From positions 1 to 52,936 of the forward strand of contig JBHGBC010000022.1 of the NCBI GenBank assembly GCA_041946805.1: DNA of 52,936 nucleotides, read 5' to 3'. Made by a program: the position numbers and the translations under genes. Shown here one piece after another: positions 7,877-17,299 of the stretch. Numbering within the stretch: the first letter of the stretch is position 1; each line of letters opens with the position of its first letter. Source of the DNA: a bacterium (GTDB lineage Bacteria; Hinthialibacterota; Hinthialibacteria; Hinthialibacterales; Hinthialibacteraceae). Under the pieces are notes generated by a model. It did no database searches. It saw only the letters and a program-made list of their open reading frames with translations, and was not told the DNA's origin.

Positions 7877-10800
7877 TGTAATTTACCGAATATACTGGGA
7901 TGTTGGGCGATAATGGCGGCCCAATCCGCCTCATGATGAAAGCGGATGACTTTGATTCCACAATCATCCAAGGCTCGTTCTTGTTCCCGGTCCCGTTTTT
8001 GCCGGTCGGGAAAATCGTGCGGAGGGCCATCCACATAAATCACCGCGTCGTTTCCGTAATTGAAGTCCGGCCGGGTGCCGCATGATTCATACAATTTTTG
8101 GCAATCGTCCGGCAGATTGAGGGAATGATCCTCCAAGAATCTCAACCATTTTCGCTCCAATTCCGATCCGGCGTTTTTCATCAAATAATCGAGATGCGCG
8201 GCCCGGGTTTTGGGGCCTGGTGAATGGAATACCTTGGCTTTAACGCATTTCAGCAAATAATCCCGAAGCAGTTTCCGGTTCAGACAGGAGTGATCGGGCT
8301 GGTTGCCGTAATGCATCAGGCAATCGTAACAAGCCGCTTCACAATCTTCCTGGCTTCGCTCATGCCGCCGCTTGTCTTCCCCGGAATCGGGATCGTAATG
8401 GCATAATTCCAACGCGGCGCGGGCGATGGCGGAAAACGCGTGGGGATCTTCCACGAGACGCCGCAACACTCCGGCTCCCCCCTCGGCCGCCTCGTAACAG
8501 AGAAACATCCTCGGAGTATGCGGGTCGGGAAGCGATTCGACCGCCAACTCGTTGTCTTCCAATTGATAGTAAAATTGGATGGCATTCTTCAGCGCGGATT
8601 TCAGGGAAGCGATGAAAGGCAATTCGATATCCCCCGCCGGCTCGAACAGCAGCGAGTTGCGCCGGTCTTCCACATACGGGATGACCCGGGTGATCCGGCG
8701 GGAATACGGATCCTCCACATCGTCGAGATCCAATTTATTTGTCCCCCAATAGCCCCGTTCCACGTCGAGATTGAATCCGTGCTGCTCGCGATTTTCCCGG
8801 CGAGACCACCCCAGATTGATGCGCCAGATGGTTGTCGCCTGATCGTACGTGATTCGCCCCAGGTTTTCGCCATCGTACATGAGTTGGGCCACCCGGTATG
8901 TGGGAAATCCACCCCGTTGCGAGAACCGGAATCCGGTTTTGATTTCATAGCCGAACCGCATCCGTTCTTCCTCGTCGGCGTTGATCCGGTCCCGCCGGCG
9001 GGTGGACACATTTTGCAGGCGGAACAGGTTCCGCAAGATGCAATCCAACGGCATCCCGCAGCGCTCGCAGATATCGTAACTCTGGCCGCTCTCGATTTTG
9101 TGCAAATATCCACAAGCCGGGCATTGTTTGAGGGAGGAAAGGGTAATCGATTCCTCGGATTCGATGGGCAGGATGACCCGGTTGATTTGGTATTTAGAGC
9201 CCTCATGATAAATCAACGCCCGCGGACCGAATTCCGTGATGGCCAAGAACCGGGGCCGGGAAAGGTATTCATCTTTATTTCTTTGACCGGGAATATACGC
9301 CGATAGCGGGAGACGCGGAAAACTATAGCCCGGGAGAAATCCCTCGCTGGCGAAATACCGGTAGCTGTAAAAATCGGATTGGAACAATGGCTTTTCTTCG
9401 CTCAAGATCTTCAATTGCGATTCCGCTTCCCGCCGGATGGCTTCCGCTTTCCGCCGGTCGTCCTCGGTGCGGGTCGGATCGCGAATGACCTTATCTTGCG
9501 CCCGGGCTTGAGCCAGCGCGCTCTTGTAAAGCCCCCGCCACCGGTCACTAGCCCGGTCGAATGTCTCTTCCACATTCCCAATGATTTCCTCGAGCCAATC
9601 GTCGCGATACCAATCGGAAGCCCTCAATTCCGATTGGATGGTGCTCAGCACCTCGGCAGCCCGCTTCAAGGCCCGGTGCTTCGCTTCCGGATTTTGGATC
9701 GCATGGCGGACCGAATCCAGCAAATGCAAGGATGGATTCTCCCCTTCCAAATCCAGGATATCCTTCAAGGAATGCCCCAGGGAAAGGCCGGTTTCGGACA
9801 GCCATATGGCTTGAATATGCGAACGCAGCAGATCTTCATTGGCCAAATCCAGCCGGGGCGGCTTGACCGCGCCGGAGACCATCAACGAAGGCCGCTTGTA
9901 ATAATACTGATCATGGGAACTCCCCGTGGTGCAGTACGTGAATACCAGGGCCGGCTGGCCTCCCCGCCCGGCCCGCCCGCTCCGCTGCGCGTAATTGGCC
10001 GGAGTCGGGGGAACGTTGCGCATATTCACGACATTCAGTTCCGCGATATCGACGCCCAGTTCCATCGTGGGGGAACAATACAGGATAGGCAACGTGCCGG
10101 AGCGGAAATCTTTCTCCCGCTCTTCGCGCAAATCGCTCCGGACTTGCGCCGTGTGTTCCCGGGCATGAATCCCGCGGCATTGCTTGGCGCCATTGCGATA
10201 ATATTCGACAAAGTAGGGATTGGTTCTCAATCCTTCCTCGGGTGGATTGGGAATACGGATGGGATCATGAAAGGATTGGGTTCCATCACCTTCTTTCCAA
10301 ACCAGCGCGGAGGCGTCTAATTGGTATCCCGGCACTTCCTCGTCATTGCGCGGTTCCATGACGCGCGCGACAATCCCGGCAACCTGCAACTTATCGAGTA
10401 ATTGCCGAATGATGATGGCTGTTTCATCGACAGAGATTTTTCTCATCGAATCGCCAAACGTGGTGGCCCGTCTCAGAAATTGACCAAATCCACTGCGGGG
10501 AGAGACAAAAACGAAATATTTAGTATCCGGTTTGGATCGCTTCCTTGGAAGCAGAATTGTGGCAGCCTCCATGGATTCGTTTTCTTCCAACGCCCAGGGA
10601 GCCTTTAATTTCTGGTAACTTTTCTGCTTGATCGTCTCCTGGTACTTGGATTCCAGGTAATTCACCTTGATCGCGAGCTCTCTCCGGATGAAATCCAAAA
10701 AGACTTTGCATATATCTTCCCGTATCGTGGGGGACGCGCCTTGTAACGCGTCATGCGTATCCCGCCACTCTTCTTCCGCTTGGCAGAGTTCGTCCAAGGA

Positions 10801-13050
10801 AAGATACTGGATCTGCAACAATCCGCATTGTTCTAGATTCGGCAGCGTAATCCGCCAGCCTCGCTTCAAGTCGCGATAGAGGCGGTAGCCCAGGAATTCA
10901 CGCAAGGCATGGTCGGTGTCCTTTTGGGCTTGAAACCGCGCATGGGGATCACTGGCGTAATCCGCGAAGGGAAGCGCCAAGGATTCGAAAACCCGGAGAG
11001 TTAATTCATCATGCCGGATCCCGCCGGGCCCGGCTTTTTGAACGGCCCGGTACAGCGCCGAACGCAGCAAGCCGATTTCAATGAAATCGTTGAAATGGCC
11101 CGCTTGCAAGGAGGCATCCTGCCGATTGTCTGTAAAACTTAGCAATTTTTCAGGAGCCAGATTAGTGAGGTTTTGTTCTTTCTGCTTTTTGAGATGCCGG
11201 ATGACAGACAAACTCAAGATGGTGGTGGAGGTGCTGCGTCCTCCCGAATTCAGGGATGTCAGTTTTGAGAAATCGCCCATCCGCGCGGTATAGGAAATCA
11301 AACAGTTCAAGCAAAAAAGAAAGGGCGCGGGAATGTACCAGCACGATACCCCGGACGCGCTCACCGTTCCATCCGCCGACACGGTAAAGGCTTGCGGAAT
11401 CTTCTTTTTTCGATCCCGCCGTATAGCCACGCTGTTGCCATGTTCTTCCAACCAGTCATCGGGCAGGCATTTCGCCAAATCATCAGGAGTGTAGGTCCAT
11501 GCATTTTCATCAGTGCGGATATAGAGATATCCGCTTTCTCCTTCTTCTTGCACCAATTGATTCATGATGGGGCGAGGCTCAAAGCGCGTGGGACCGGTTT
11601 TTGAGTCCTGCGTCTTCCATACGCTGTAATACTCCTGGCCGCACTCCCGGCAAAACAAGAGGGGGAAGAGAACCTTGTTCCGGTCTTCCGGACATAGGTA
11701 TTGGGGAAAAACCGACATGTACCGGGAGGATTCCATTTCCAAGGAGGCGTAAACCGTATCGCCCCGGCTGATGAATTGATGCAACCGAAACGCGAACGGA
11801 GAAGATCCCGTATCGTCCTCGGGCTGACATTCGCAGCCCGCCAATAAACCTCTTTCGATGACGGCGGCGCAGCGATCCTGGGGAAATCCTGTCTGGCGGC
11901 TCAATAACTCGGCGGCCCCATGTGCTCCACGTATGCTTTTGGGCCTTGCTCGTTGCAGCCGGCGGGAATTGGTATCTTCTTCCACCCCAAAGGTTTTCTC
12001 CAACCAGGCTGACAGGGGATCTTGAATGAATGCCTCAAAACGCGTGGGTGGATTGTCAAAGTAATCACCGACGCGCTTTTTGAGTGCCGTGTAAAATTCT
12101 TCCTCGGGCATCACGGGATTCGCTCGGCAAACTTGTTTTAACGATTCCCCAATCACATTCTCCTTTTTGATTTCCGTGCCGAAAATGATGGAAGCCACCC
12201 GGGCGACTTCAGCACATTGCTCATCGTAGGATCCCGTTCCCGCAATGGTCGCGGAGGTTCCCACGCATTGAACATTGGGGGCCTCCAAGGCATTGCGCGC
12301 CCGCCGGATCAACAATGCGACATCGGCTCCCTGGCGCCCGCGATACGTGTGCAGTTCATCAAAGACCAGAAACTGCAGCCCCTGCGCGGCTTGAATCATG
12401 TTCTTCTCTTCGGGCCGGGTGAGAATCAACTCCAGCATCACGTAATTGGTCAGCAGAATATCCGGCGGATTGGCAATAATCTCTCTCTTTTCCTGGTCGG
12501 ATTCCTGCCCGGTGTAGCGCTGGAACGTGACCGGGCTTTGACCCTCCGGATACCCCTTGACCAGGAATTTCTCCAATTCCCCCTTCTGGCTGTTCGCCAG
12601 GGCGTTCATGGGGTAAACGATAATGGCCTTGATTTTGGAATTGACGCCCGATTGCAGGACCTGATTCACGATGGGGATGATGTAACACAGACTTTTTCCC
12701 GAACCGGTCCCGGTCGTCAAAACATAATTTTCATTTTTCAAGGCGATCCGGACAGCTTCCTCCTGGTGTTTGAATAACCGGATCGATTGTCCGATATGGT
12801 GGTCATCCTTCCCCTTCCTGAATATCTTCCCGCATTCCGCATGCAGGATTCCTTCCTGGACCAACTCATCAACGGTTTTTCCTGATTCAAACGACGGATT
12901 CAACTGAATGAGCGGTTCCGGCCAAAGCAGTCCGTCATCCAATGCCCTCTCCACTTTTCCCTTGATCCGTTCGTCGGTGATTTTGAAAAAACTGCGAACA
13001 TACGAGGAATAGTCCTCAATGAGATGTTGGCGAAGTCCAAATACATCCAT
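7873..13050 (-). CDS. Large YprA/Druantia-DruE-like DEAD/DEAH helicase with DUF1998 Zn-binding domain and C-terminal Vsr/DUF559-like nuclease domain
   Basis: LFKHQ, TTGTGSGKS, YPMNALANSQ, DELHTYRGRQG, TSAT, FTDNRQDA, SPTMELGVDI, NYAQRSGRAGR, several CxxC pairs, EAAEGGAG...CEAACYDCL (DUF1998), and RPDF..IYVDGPPH...GIKVIRF. Start set at ATG 13050 (MDVFGLR), which has an AGGAGAG RBS. Confidence 0.93.
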   Translation of the reverse strand: MDVFGLRQHLIEDYSSYVRSFFKITDERIKGKVERALDDGLLWPEPLIQLNPSFESGKTVDELVQEGILHAECGKIFRKGKDDHHIGQSIRLFKHQEEAVRIALKNENYVLTTGTGSGKSLCYIIPIVNQVLQSGVNSKIKAIIVYPMNALANSQKGELEKFLVKGYPEGQSPVTFQRYTGQESDQEKREIIANPPDILLTNYVMLELILTRPEEKNMIQAAQGLQFLVFDELHTYRGRQGADVALLIRRARNALEAPNVQCVGTSATIAGTGSYDEQCAEVARVASIIFGTEIKKENVIGESLKQVCRANPVMPEEEFYTALKKRVGDYFDNPPTRFEAFIQDPLSAWLEKTFGVEEDTNSRRLQRARPKSIRGAHGAAELLSRQTGFPQDRCAAVIERGLLAGCECQPEDDTGSSPFAFRLHQFISRGDTVYASLEMESSRYMSVFPQYLCPEDRNKVLFPLLFCRECGQEYYSVWKTQDSKTGPTRFEPRPIMNQLVQEEGESGYLYIRTDENAWTYTPDDLAKCLPDDWLEEHGNSVAIRRDRKKKIPQAFTVSADGTVSASGVSCWYIPAPFLFCLNCLISYTARMGDFSKLTSLNSGGRSTSTTILSLSVIRHLKKQKEQNLTNLAPEKLLSFTDNRQDASLQAGHFNDFIEIGLLRSALYRAVQKAGPGGIRHDELTLRVFESLALPFADYASDPHARFQAQKDTDHALREFLGYRLYRDLKRGWRITLPNLEQCGLLQIQYLSLDELCQAEEEWRDTHDALQGASPTIREDICKVFLDFIRRELAIKVNYLESKYQETIKQKSYQKLKAPWALEENESMEAATILLPRKRSKPDTKYFVFVSPRSGFGQFLRRATTFGDSMRKISVDETAIIIRQLLDKLQVAGIVARVMEPRNDEEVPGYQLDASALVWKEGDGTQSFHDPIRIPNPPEEGLRTNPYFVEYYRNGAKQCRGIHAREHTAQVRSDLREEREKDFRSGTLPILYCSPTMELGVDIAELNVVNMRNVPPTPANYAQRSGRAGRGGQPALVFTYCTTGSSHDQYYYKRPSLMVSGAVKPPRLDLANEDLLRSHIQAIWLSETGLSLGHSLKDILDLEGENPSLHLLDSVRHAIQNPEAKHRALKRAAEVLSTIQSELRASDWYRDDWLEEIIGNVEETFDRASDRWRGLYKSALAQARAQDKVIRDPTRTEDDRRKAEAIRREAESQLKILSEEKPLFQSDFYSYRYFASEGFLPGYSFPRLPLSAYIPGQRNKDEYLSRPRFLAITEFGPRALIYHEGSKYQINRVILPIESEESITLSSLKQCPACGYLHKIESGQSYDICERCGMPLDCILRNLFRLQNVSTRRRDRINADEEERMRFGYEIKTGFRFSQRGGFPTYRVAQLMYDGENLGRITYDQATTIWRINLGWSRRENREQHGFNLDVERGYWGTNKLDLDDVEDPYSRRITRVIPYVEDRRNSLLFEPAGDIELPFIASLKSALKNAIQFYYQLEDNELAVESLPDPHTPRMFLCYEAAEGGAGVLRRLVEDPHAFSAIARAALELCHYDPDSGEDKRRHERSQEDCEAACYDCLMHYGNQPDHSCLNRKLLRDYLLKCVKAKVFHSPGPKTRAAHLDYLMKNAGSELERKWLRFLEDHSLNLPDDCQKLYESCGTRPDFNYGNDAVIYVDGPPHDFPDRQKRDREQERALDDCGIKVIRFHHEADWAAIIAQHPSIFGKLQ

Positions 13051-14190
13051 TTTGATTTCGGCTCTCCTAAAATCGAAGATAATCACAAACAAAATGAGGA
13101 TACTGGTTCCTTCTGTAAATCCGATCTGCGATGCCGGGTCGACTCTCCACGGTGTTCTCTGGATTCTGGAAAAAAAATCTCCCAGCGGACGCGGATTGTT
13201 AGATCCCGCAACAGCTCATCTTTTTCACCCGGATAAGGATTCAAAAGATTCCCGTCGTTTCCATAAGTCTGATTTTTATAACAGAGTGGATGGGTTTTGT
13301 CAAATCTTTGCCGAAACTGGATTTCGATATCTATCCGCCTTTGCCGTATGGTCCGCTCCCGCGCGTCAAATCCAGGACTGCCGTTATTCCGCCAAGGATT
13401 TCCGTTGTTCGATTTGCTGGAACCCGACCCGGATTTCTTATCCCGATGAACCCTCCCATGGGAGAGTACGGAAATATAAAGTGCCACACTTTTGAGAGAG
13501 ATCCGAGTTGGCTCATGCTTCAAAAAGTGACTGTTTTTCAATGTTTTTCAAATGCAGTTTCCCTATTCCACAGGACTGCATTTTGCAATTCCATTAAATT
13601 CAGGTAGTCATACCGGGACAGTAGTGATGGAATCCAATATTTAACCAGCTCGCCGCCATTGCTGGAGATTACTTTGAGCCCGGATTTAGAAGAAAGCAAA
13701 TGGTGCTTCTTGACGTATCTAAACAAAGCCAAACCATTATACTCTATAAAGTATTGGATTTATTCTGGGCCATGCATGATTACAGAATTGATTCTGAGGA
13801 TTCATCGAGTACGATTTATGTGTGTGATCCCGAGAATAAGTCTGTTGCCCCGACAAATTAAAAGGGTATATGCTTCTCGCCGGATGGCCGATATATCCGG
13901 GACGGCGGTAAACTCCTTTTCCCTGCAGGGCCGGCGCGCGTCCCATCCTTCTCCCACCGCCGCCCCGCCGGCGGTTCATCCACGAAATCCCTCCGCTCCT
14001 CCCCAGAAAAAAGGAATTGGTCACATCCCGGTCTCACCCTGGACCGGTTGGGAATACCCTACTCTACTTGCCGGGGATAGCCATTCTTGGGCATGGGAAA
14101 ATCCCTCCTGGACAGCGAGGGCATGGAGGGTGGAAGATAAATCGCGAAAACCCCTGGGCGGCGGGGAAATACGCGCGGAAACCAAAACCG

Positions 14191-15447
14191 ATGAAACACC
14201 GATTCGCGCCCTGGTCTCTCGTGTTGGGTATTTATCTTTTCCTGGCCTTGTTGTCAGCCGGCCAGACCTATGTCTTTTTCAACCTGATCCTGGAACCTCA
14301 TGCGCCCGGTAAGCCGCATCCTCCCGGCGAACCGCCCGCGCCCGGCGGCCTTCACCCGGAGGCGGGGCCGCCCGCGGAAGGGGAAACACCGCGTGAGGGG
14401 GGACCTTTCACCATGTCCGCCTCCCGGGCCTTGGTGTTGTCCCTGGGCGAATGGGTGGTGTGGCTGGGATTGACGCCCGCGGTGGTGGCGCTGGCCCGGC
14501 GTTTCCCGGTCCGGGGGGGACTCTATTGGCCCTGGGATCTGGCCCGGCATTTGGGGATCGCCTCCCTCTGCTTGATCATCAAGGCGTTCAGCGACGCCGT
14601 GATCACCTGGTGGCTGGGAGGGCCAATTCCCCCGCAGCCGTTTTTCAGCCGGTTCCTGTTTTGCCTGACCACGCGTTTCCATATCAACCTGTTGGTGTAT
14701 GGCGGGATCCTGGGCGGGTATTACGCCTCCATTTTTTATCAGAAATTCCGCGAGCGCGAATGGAAAACGGCTCAGTTGGAAGCCCAACTGGCGCAGGCCC
14801 AGCTGCAGGTGTTGAAGATGCAGCTGCACCCCCATTTCTTGTTCAACACCCTCAACGCGATCTCCTCATTGATCTACAAGGACGCCGAGGCCGCCGAGCG
14901 GATGATCACCAATCTCAGCGAGCTGCTCCGCTACACGCTCGACAACATCGGCGTCCAGGAAATCCCGCTGCGCGAGGAGATCCATTTTCTCCAACGATAT
15001 CTGGAAATCGAACAAACCCGCTTCCACGACCGGCTGACCATCGAATACGACATCGATCCCGAATCACTCGAGGCCATGGTCCCCACCATGATCTTTCAGC
15101 CCCTGGTCGAGAACTCGATCCGGCATGGGATCGCCAAACGGGCGAGCGCGGGGAAAATCCTGATCCAGATCCGCCGCCGCGATCCGGTTCTGCAATTGAC
15201 CGTGGAAGACAACGGGGCGGGCGGCGTGGAAAAACCGGCGGGGGAAGCCCAAAATGGTATCGGGCTGTTGAACACGAAGCAGCGGCTCCAACAATTGTAC
15301 GGGCCCGCTCACCAGTTCGCGATGCGATTTCTGCCCCGCGGGGGCGTCCAAGTGGTTCTGGAAATACCGTACCGGGCCGCCGGCGCTCCGGCGGAGGAAC
15401 AGGAGGAGGAGCCGGTCCTTGAAGATACGCGTGTTGATCGCCGATGA
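14191..15447 (+). CDS. LytS/YehU-type membrane sensor histidine kinase
   Basis: N-terminal TM helices, LKMQLHPHFLFNTLNAIS, QPLVENSIRHG, VEDNGAG, GIGLLN. Start chosen at ATG 14191 (MKHRFAPW). Confidence 0.92.
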   Translation: MKHRFAPWSLVLGIYLFLALLSAGQTYVFFNLILEPHAPGKPHPPGEPPAPGGLHPEAGPPAEGETPREGGPFTMSASRALVLSLGEWVVWLGLTPAVVALARRFPVRGGLYWPWDLARHLGIASLCLIIKAFSDAVITWWLGGPIPPQPFFSRFLFCLTTRFHINLLVYGGILGGYYASIFYQKFREREWKTAQLEAQLAQAQLQVLKMQLHPHFLFNTLNAISSLIYKDAEAAERMITNLSELLRYTLDNIGVQEIPLREEIHFLQRYLEIEQTRFHDRLTIEYDIDPESLEAMVPTMIFQPLVENSIRHGIAKRASAGKILIQIRRRDPVLQLTVEDNGAGGVEKPAGEAQNGIGLLNTKQRLQQLYGPAHQFAMRFLPRGGVQVVLEIPYRAAGAPAEEQEEEPVLEDTRVDRR

Positions 15448-16174
15448 CGAGCCGTTGGCCCGGGAGCGAATCCGGCGGTTTCTGGAAAGCGATCCGGAGA
15501 TCGAAATCCGTGGCGAATGCGGCAACGGCTTGGAGACCGTGGCCGCCCTCGAGGAGCTGCGGCCCGATCTCGTGTTTCTCGATATCCAAATGCCCGAGTT
15601 GGACGGTTTCGGCGTCATCCAATGCACCGGTGTGGAGCGGATGCCCGCCATCGTCTTCGTCACGGCGTACGATCAATACGCGGTCAAGGCGTTCGAGGCC
15701 CACGCGCTCGACTATCTGCTGAAACCGTTCAGCCGGGAGCGGTTCCGGCAATCGCTGGCGTGGGCGAAAGAGGTCATCGCCAAGGGGCAATCGCAAATCC
15801 TGAACCAGCGGGTGCTGGAATTCCTGCGCGATTACCAGCCGGCCCCCCGCTATTTGGAACGGATCATCGTCAAATCGGCGGGACGCATCCAACTGCTCAA
15901 AACCGACGAATCCGATTGGTTTCAGGCGGCGGGCAATTACGTGGAAATCCATGTGCGGACCCAAATCCACCTGATCCGCGAGACCATGAATCATCTGGAA
16001 ACCCGTCTCGATCCGGCGCGTTTTCAACGCATTCATCGCTGCACGATCGTCAATTTGGACCGGATTCAGGAAATCCACACCTATTTCAACAATGAATATG
16101 TCGTCATTCTCAAGGACGGCGCCAAGTTGACCATGAGCCGGAAGTACAAGGAAAAATTGAGCTCCCTCTTTTAG
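15419..16174 (+). CDS. LytTR-family response regulator
   Basis: REC domain (IADDEPLAR, FLDIQMP, FVTAY, DYLLKP) plus LytTR domain (AAGNYV, FQRIHRCTIVN, SRKY). TTG start overlaps the kinase. Confidence 0.95.
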   Translation: MKIRVLIADDEPLARERIRRFLESDPEIEIRGECGNGLETVAALEELRPDLVFLDIQMPELDGFGVIQCTGVERMPAIVFVTAYDQYAVKAFEAHALDYLLKPFSRERFRQSLAWAKEVIAKGQSQILNQRVLEFLRDYQPAPRYLERIIVKSAGRIQLLKTDESDWFQAAGNYVEIHVRTQIHLIRETMNHLETRLDPARFQRIHRCTIVNLDRIQEIHTYFNNEYVVILKDGAKLTMSRKYKEKLSSLF

Positions 16175-16372
16175 ATCCCCAATGGTGCCGAAGTCCGGGG
16201 GACTCGGCTTCGCGGCGGCGGCCCCGGGGGAAACGGCAGCCTGTGACTTGTCACTTTAAAAAGAACAAAAAAACAGAATAATATTTTCTCAGCGGAGGAT
16301 TCATCCAATCTAATCGGTCTTTCCCAGATTCCGCGAAAAGCTGTATTCCAATCCATCCTGAAGGAAGCCGGA

Positions 16373-16993
16373 ATGAAACCACGAAACGCGTTCACGCTGA
16401 TTGAATTGTTGATTGTCGTCGCAATCATCGGGATCCTCGCCGCCATCGCCGTGCCCAATTTTCTCAACGCACAGATCCGAGCCAAGATCGCCAAGGTTGA
16501 AGCGGACGTCAAGGCGCTGGTCACCGCCCTGGAATCATACCGGATTGACCAGAACAGTTTTCCCGGGGATCACGATTTGGACAACTACATGAACGGTGAA
16601 CGCGGCTTGTTCCGGATCACCTCGCCGGTCGCGTATATCGCCTCCCTGCCCTCTGATCCGTTTGTGGAACGGAAAGCGAAAAACACCATCCCCGGGCTGG
16701 GCGACGCCAATGCCTATGCCACGCTCGGCCGGCCGGATTATGAAATGGGCAGCGGCGCGGACAATCCCCCTCCCTACAAGCGGCAAGCCATCAGCCTGAT
16801 GAGTTACGGCCCCGACTTCATCGACGACAACTCCAGTCACGATCCGTTTCCTTTCGGAACGGACATGGACCGGTACGACATCACCAACGGCCTGCGGTCG
16901 CACGGCAACATCTTCCGATTCAGCGGTGACTACATGTCCGGTTGTCTGATCATGGATTGGGGGGCTTTCCGGATGGGCGGCGGCTGCCAGTAA
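16373..16993 (+). CDS. Prepilin-type N-terminal cleavage/methylation protein (GspG-like pseudopilin), paralogue 1
   Basis: MKPRNA|FTLIELLIVVAIIGILAAIAVPNFLNAQIRAK, ITSPVAY...DPF, YDITNGLRSHGNI. Confidence 0.9.
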   Translation: MKPRNAFTLIELLIVVAIIGILAAIAVPNFLNAQIRAKIAKVEADVKALVTALESYRIDQNSFPGDHDLDNYMNGERGLFRITSPVAYIASLPSDPFVERKAKNTIPGLGDANAYATLGRPDYEMGSGADNPPPYKRQAISLMSYGPDFIDDNSSHDPFPFGTDMDRYDITNGLRSHGNIFRFSGDYMSGCLIMDWGAFRMGGGCQ

Positions 16994-17061
16994 AGGGAGA
17001 AGGAGACTGATTCTTCCAGGAAAATAGGTTCATCCGGGTAATGCGAACATCGGAGGCCCTT

Positions 17062-17114
17062 GGCCCAAGATTAAAATCCTGGGCTGCGGCAAAGCCATCC
17101 CCGGAAGGGGATTC
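17062..17114 (-). repeat. 53-bp double-hairpin repeat, copy 1 (partner at 38525-38577)
   Basis: Reverse complement GAATCCCCTTCCGGGGATGGCTTTGCCGCAGCCCAGGATTTTAATCTTGGGCC aligns without gaps to 38525-38577. Confidence 0.75.
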
Positions 17115-17173
17115 GTATGGCTTCGTGGTGTGTAAAAATAATTCCGGAAGTCATAGAGTGGTGAAGAGGATTT

Positions 17174-17207
17174 CCCTTACCCTGGCCTTCTCCCAGAGGG
17201 AGAAGGA
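17174..17207 (+). repeat. Family A intergenic palindrome (CCCTCACCCYGGCCCTCTCCCNNNGGGAGAGGG)
   Basis: CCCTTACCCTGGCCTTCTCCCAGAGGGAGAAGGA; about 10 copies in the window. Confidence 0.8.
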
Positions 17208-17299
17208 AGCCGGGGGTTTCTCAGGCTGGATCCATTGAAAACCACTCACTCCCTTTGGAAAATGCACGCACTTGCCGGATGAGCCACATGGATTGACGA

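Noticed and set aside
2566..12777. Many long + strand ORFs (e.g. 2914-3945, 7085-7936, 8440-9306, 9379-10320) opposite the defence genes
   Set aside because: Antisense shadows of motif-rich minus-strand genes; no recognisable domains; expected in GC-rich DNA.
952..13050. Calling the operon canonical DISARM, BREX or type I/III R-M and assigning drm gene symbols
   Set aside because: No separate DrmB or PLD DrmC, no PglZ/BrxC, no HsdS/HsdR or Res; the architecture differs, so symbols are withheld.
13083..13732. Short ORFs 13083-13541, 13290-13607, 13331-13516 and 13538-13732 as a fourth defence gene
   Set aside because: They overlap on both strands and show no motif or clear RBS that I can support.
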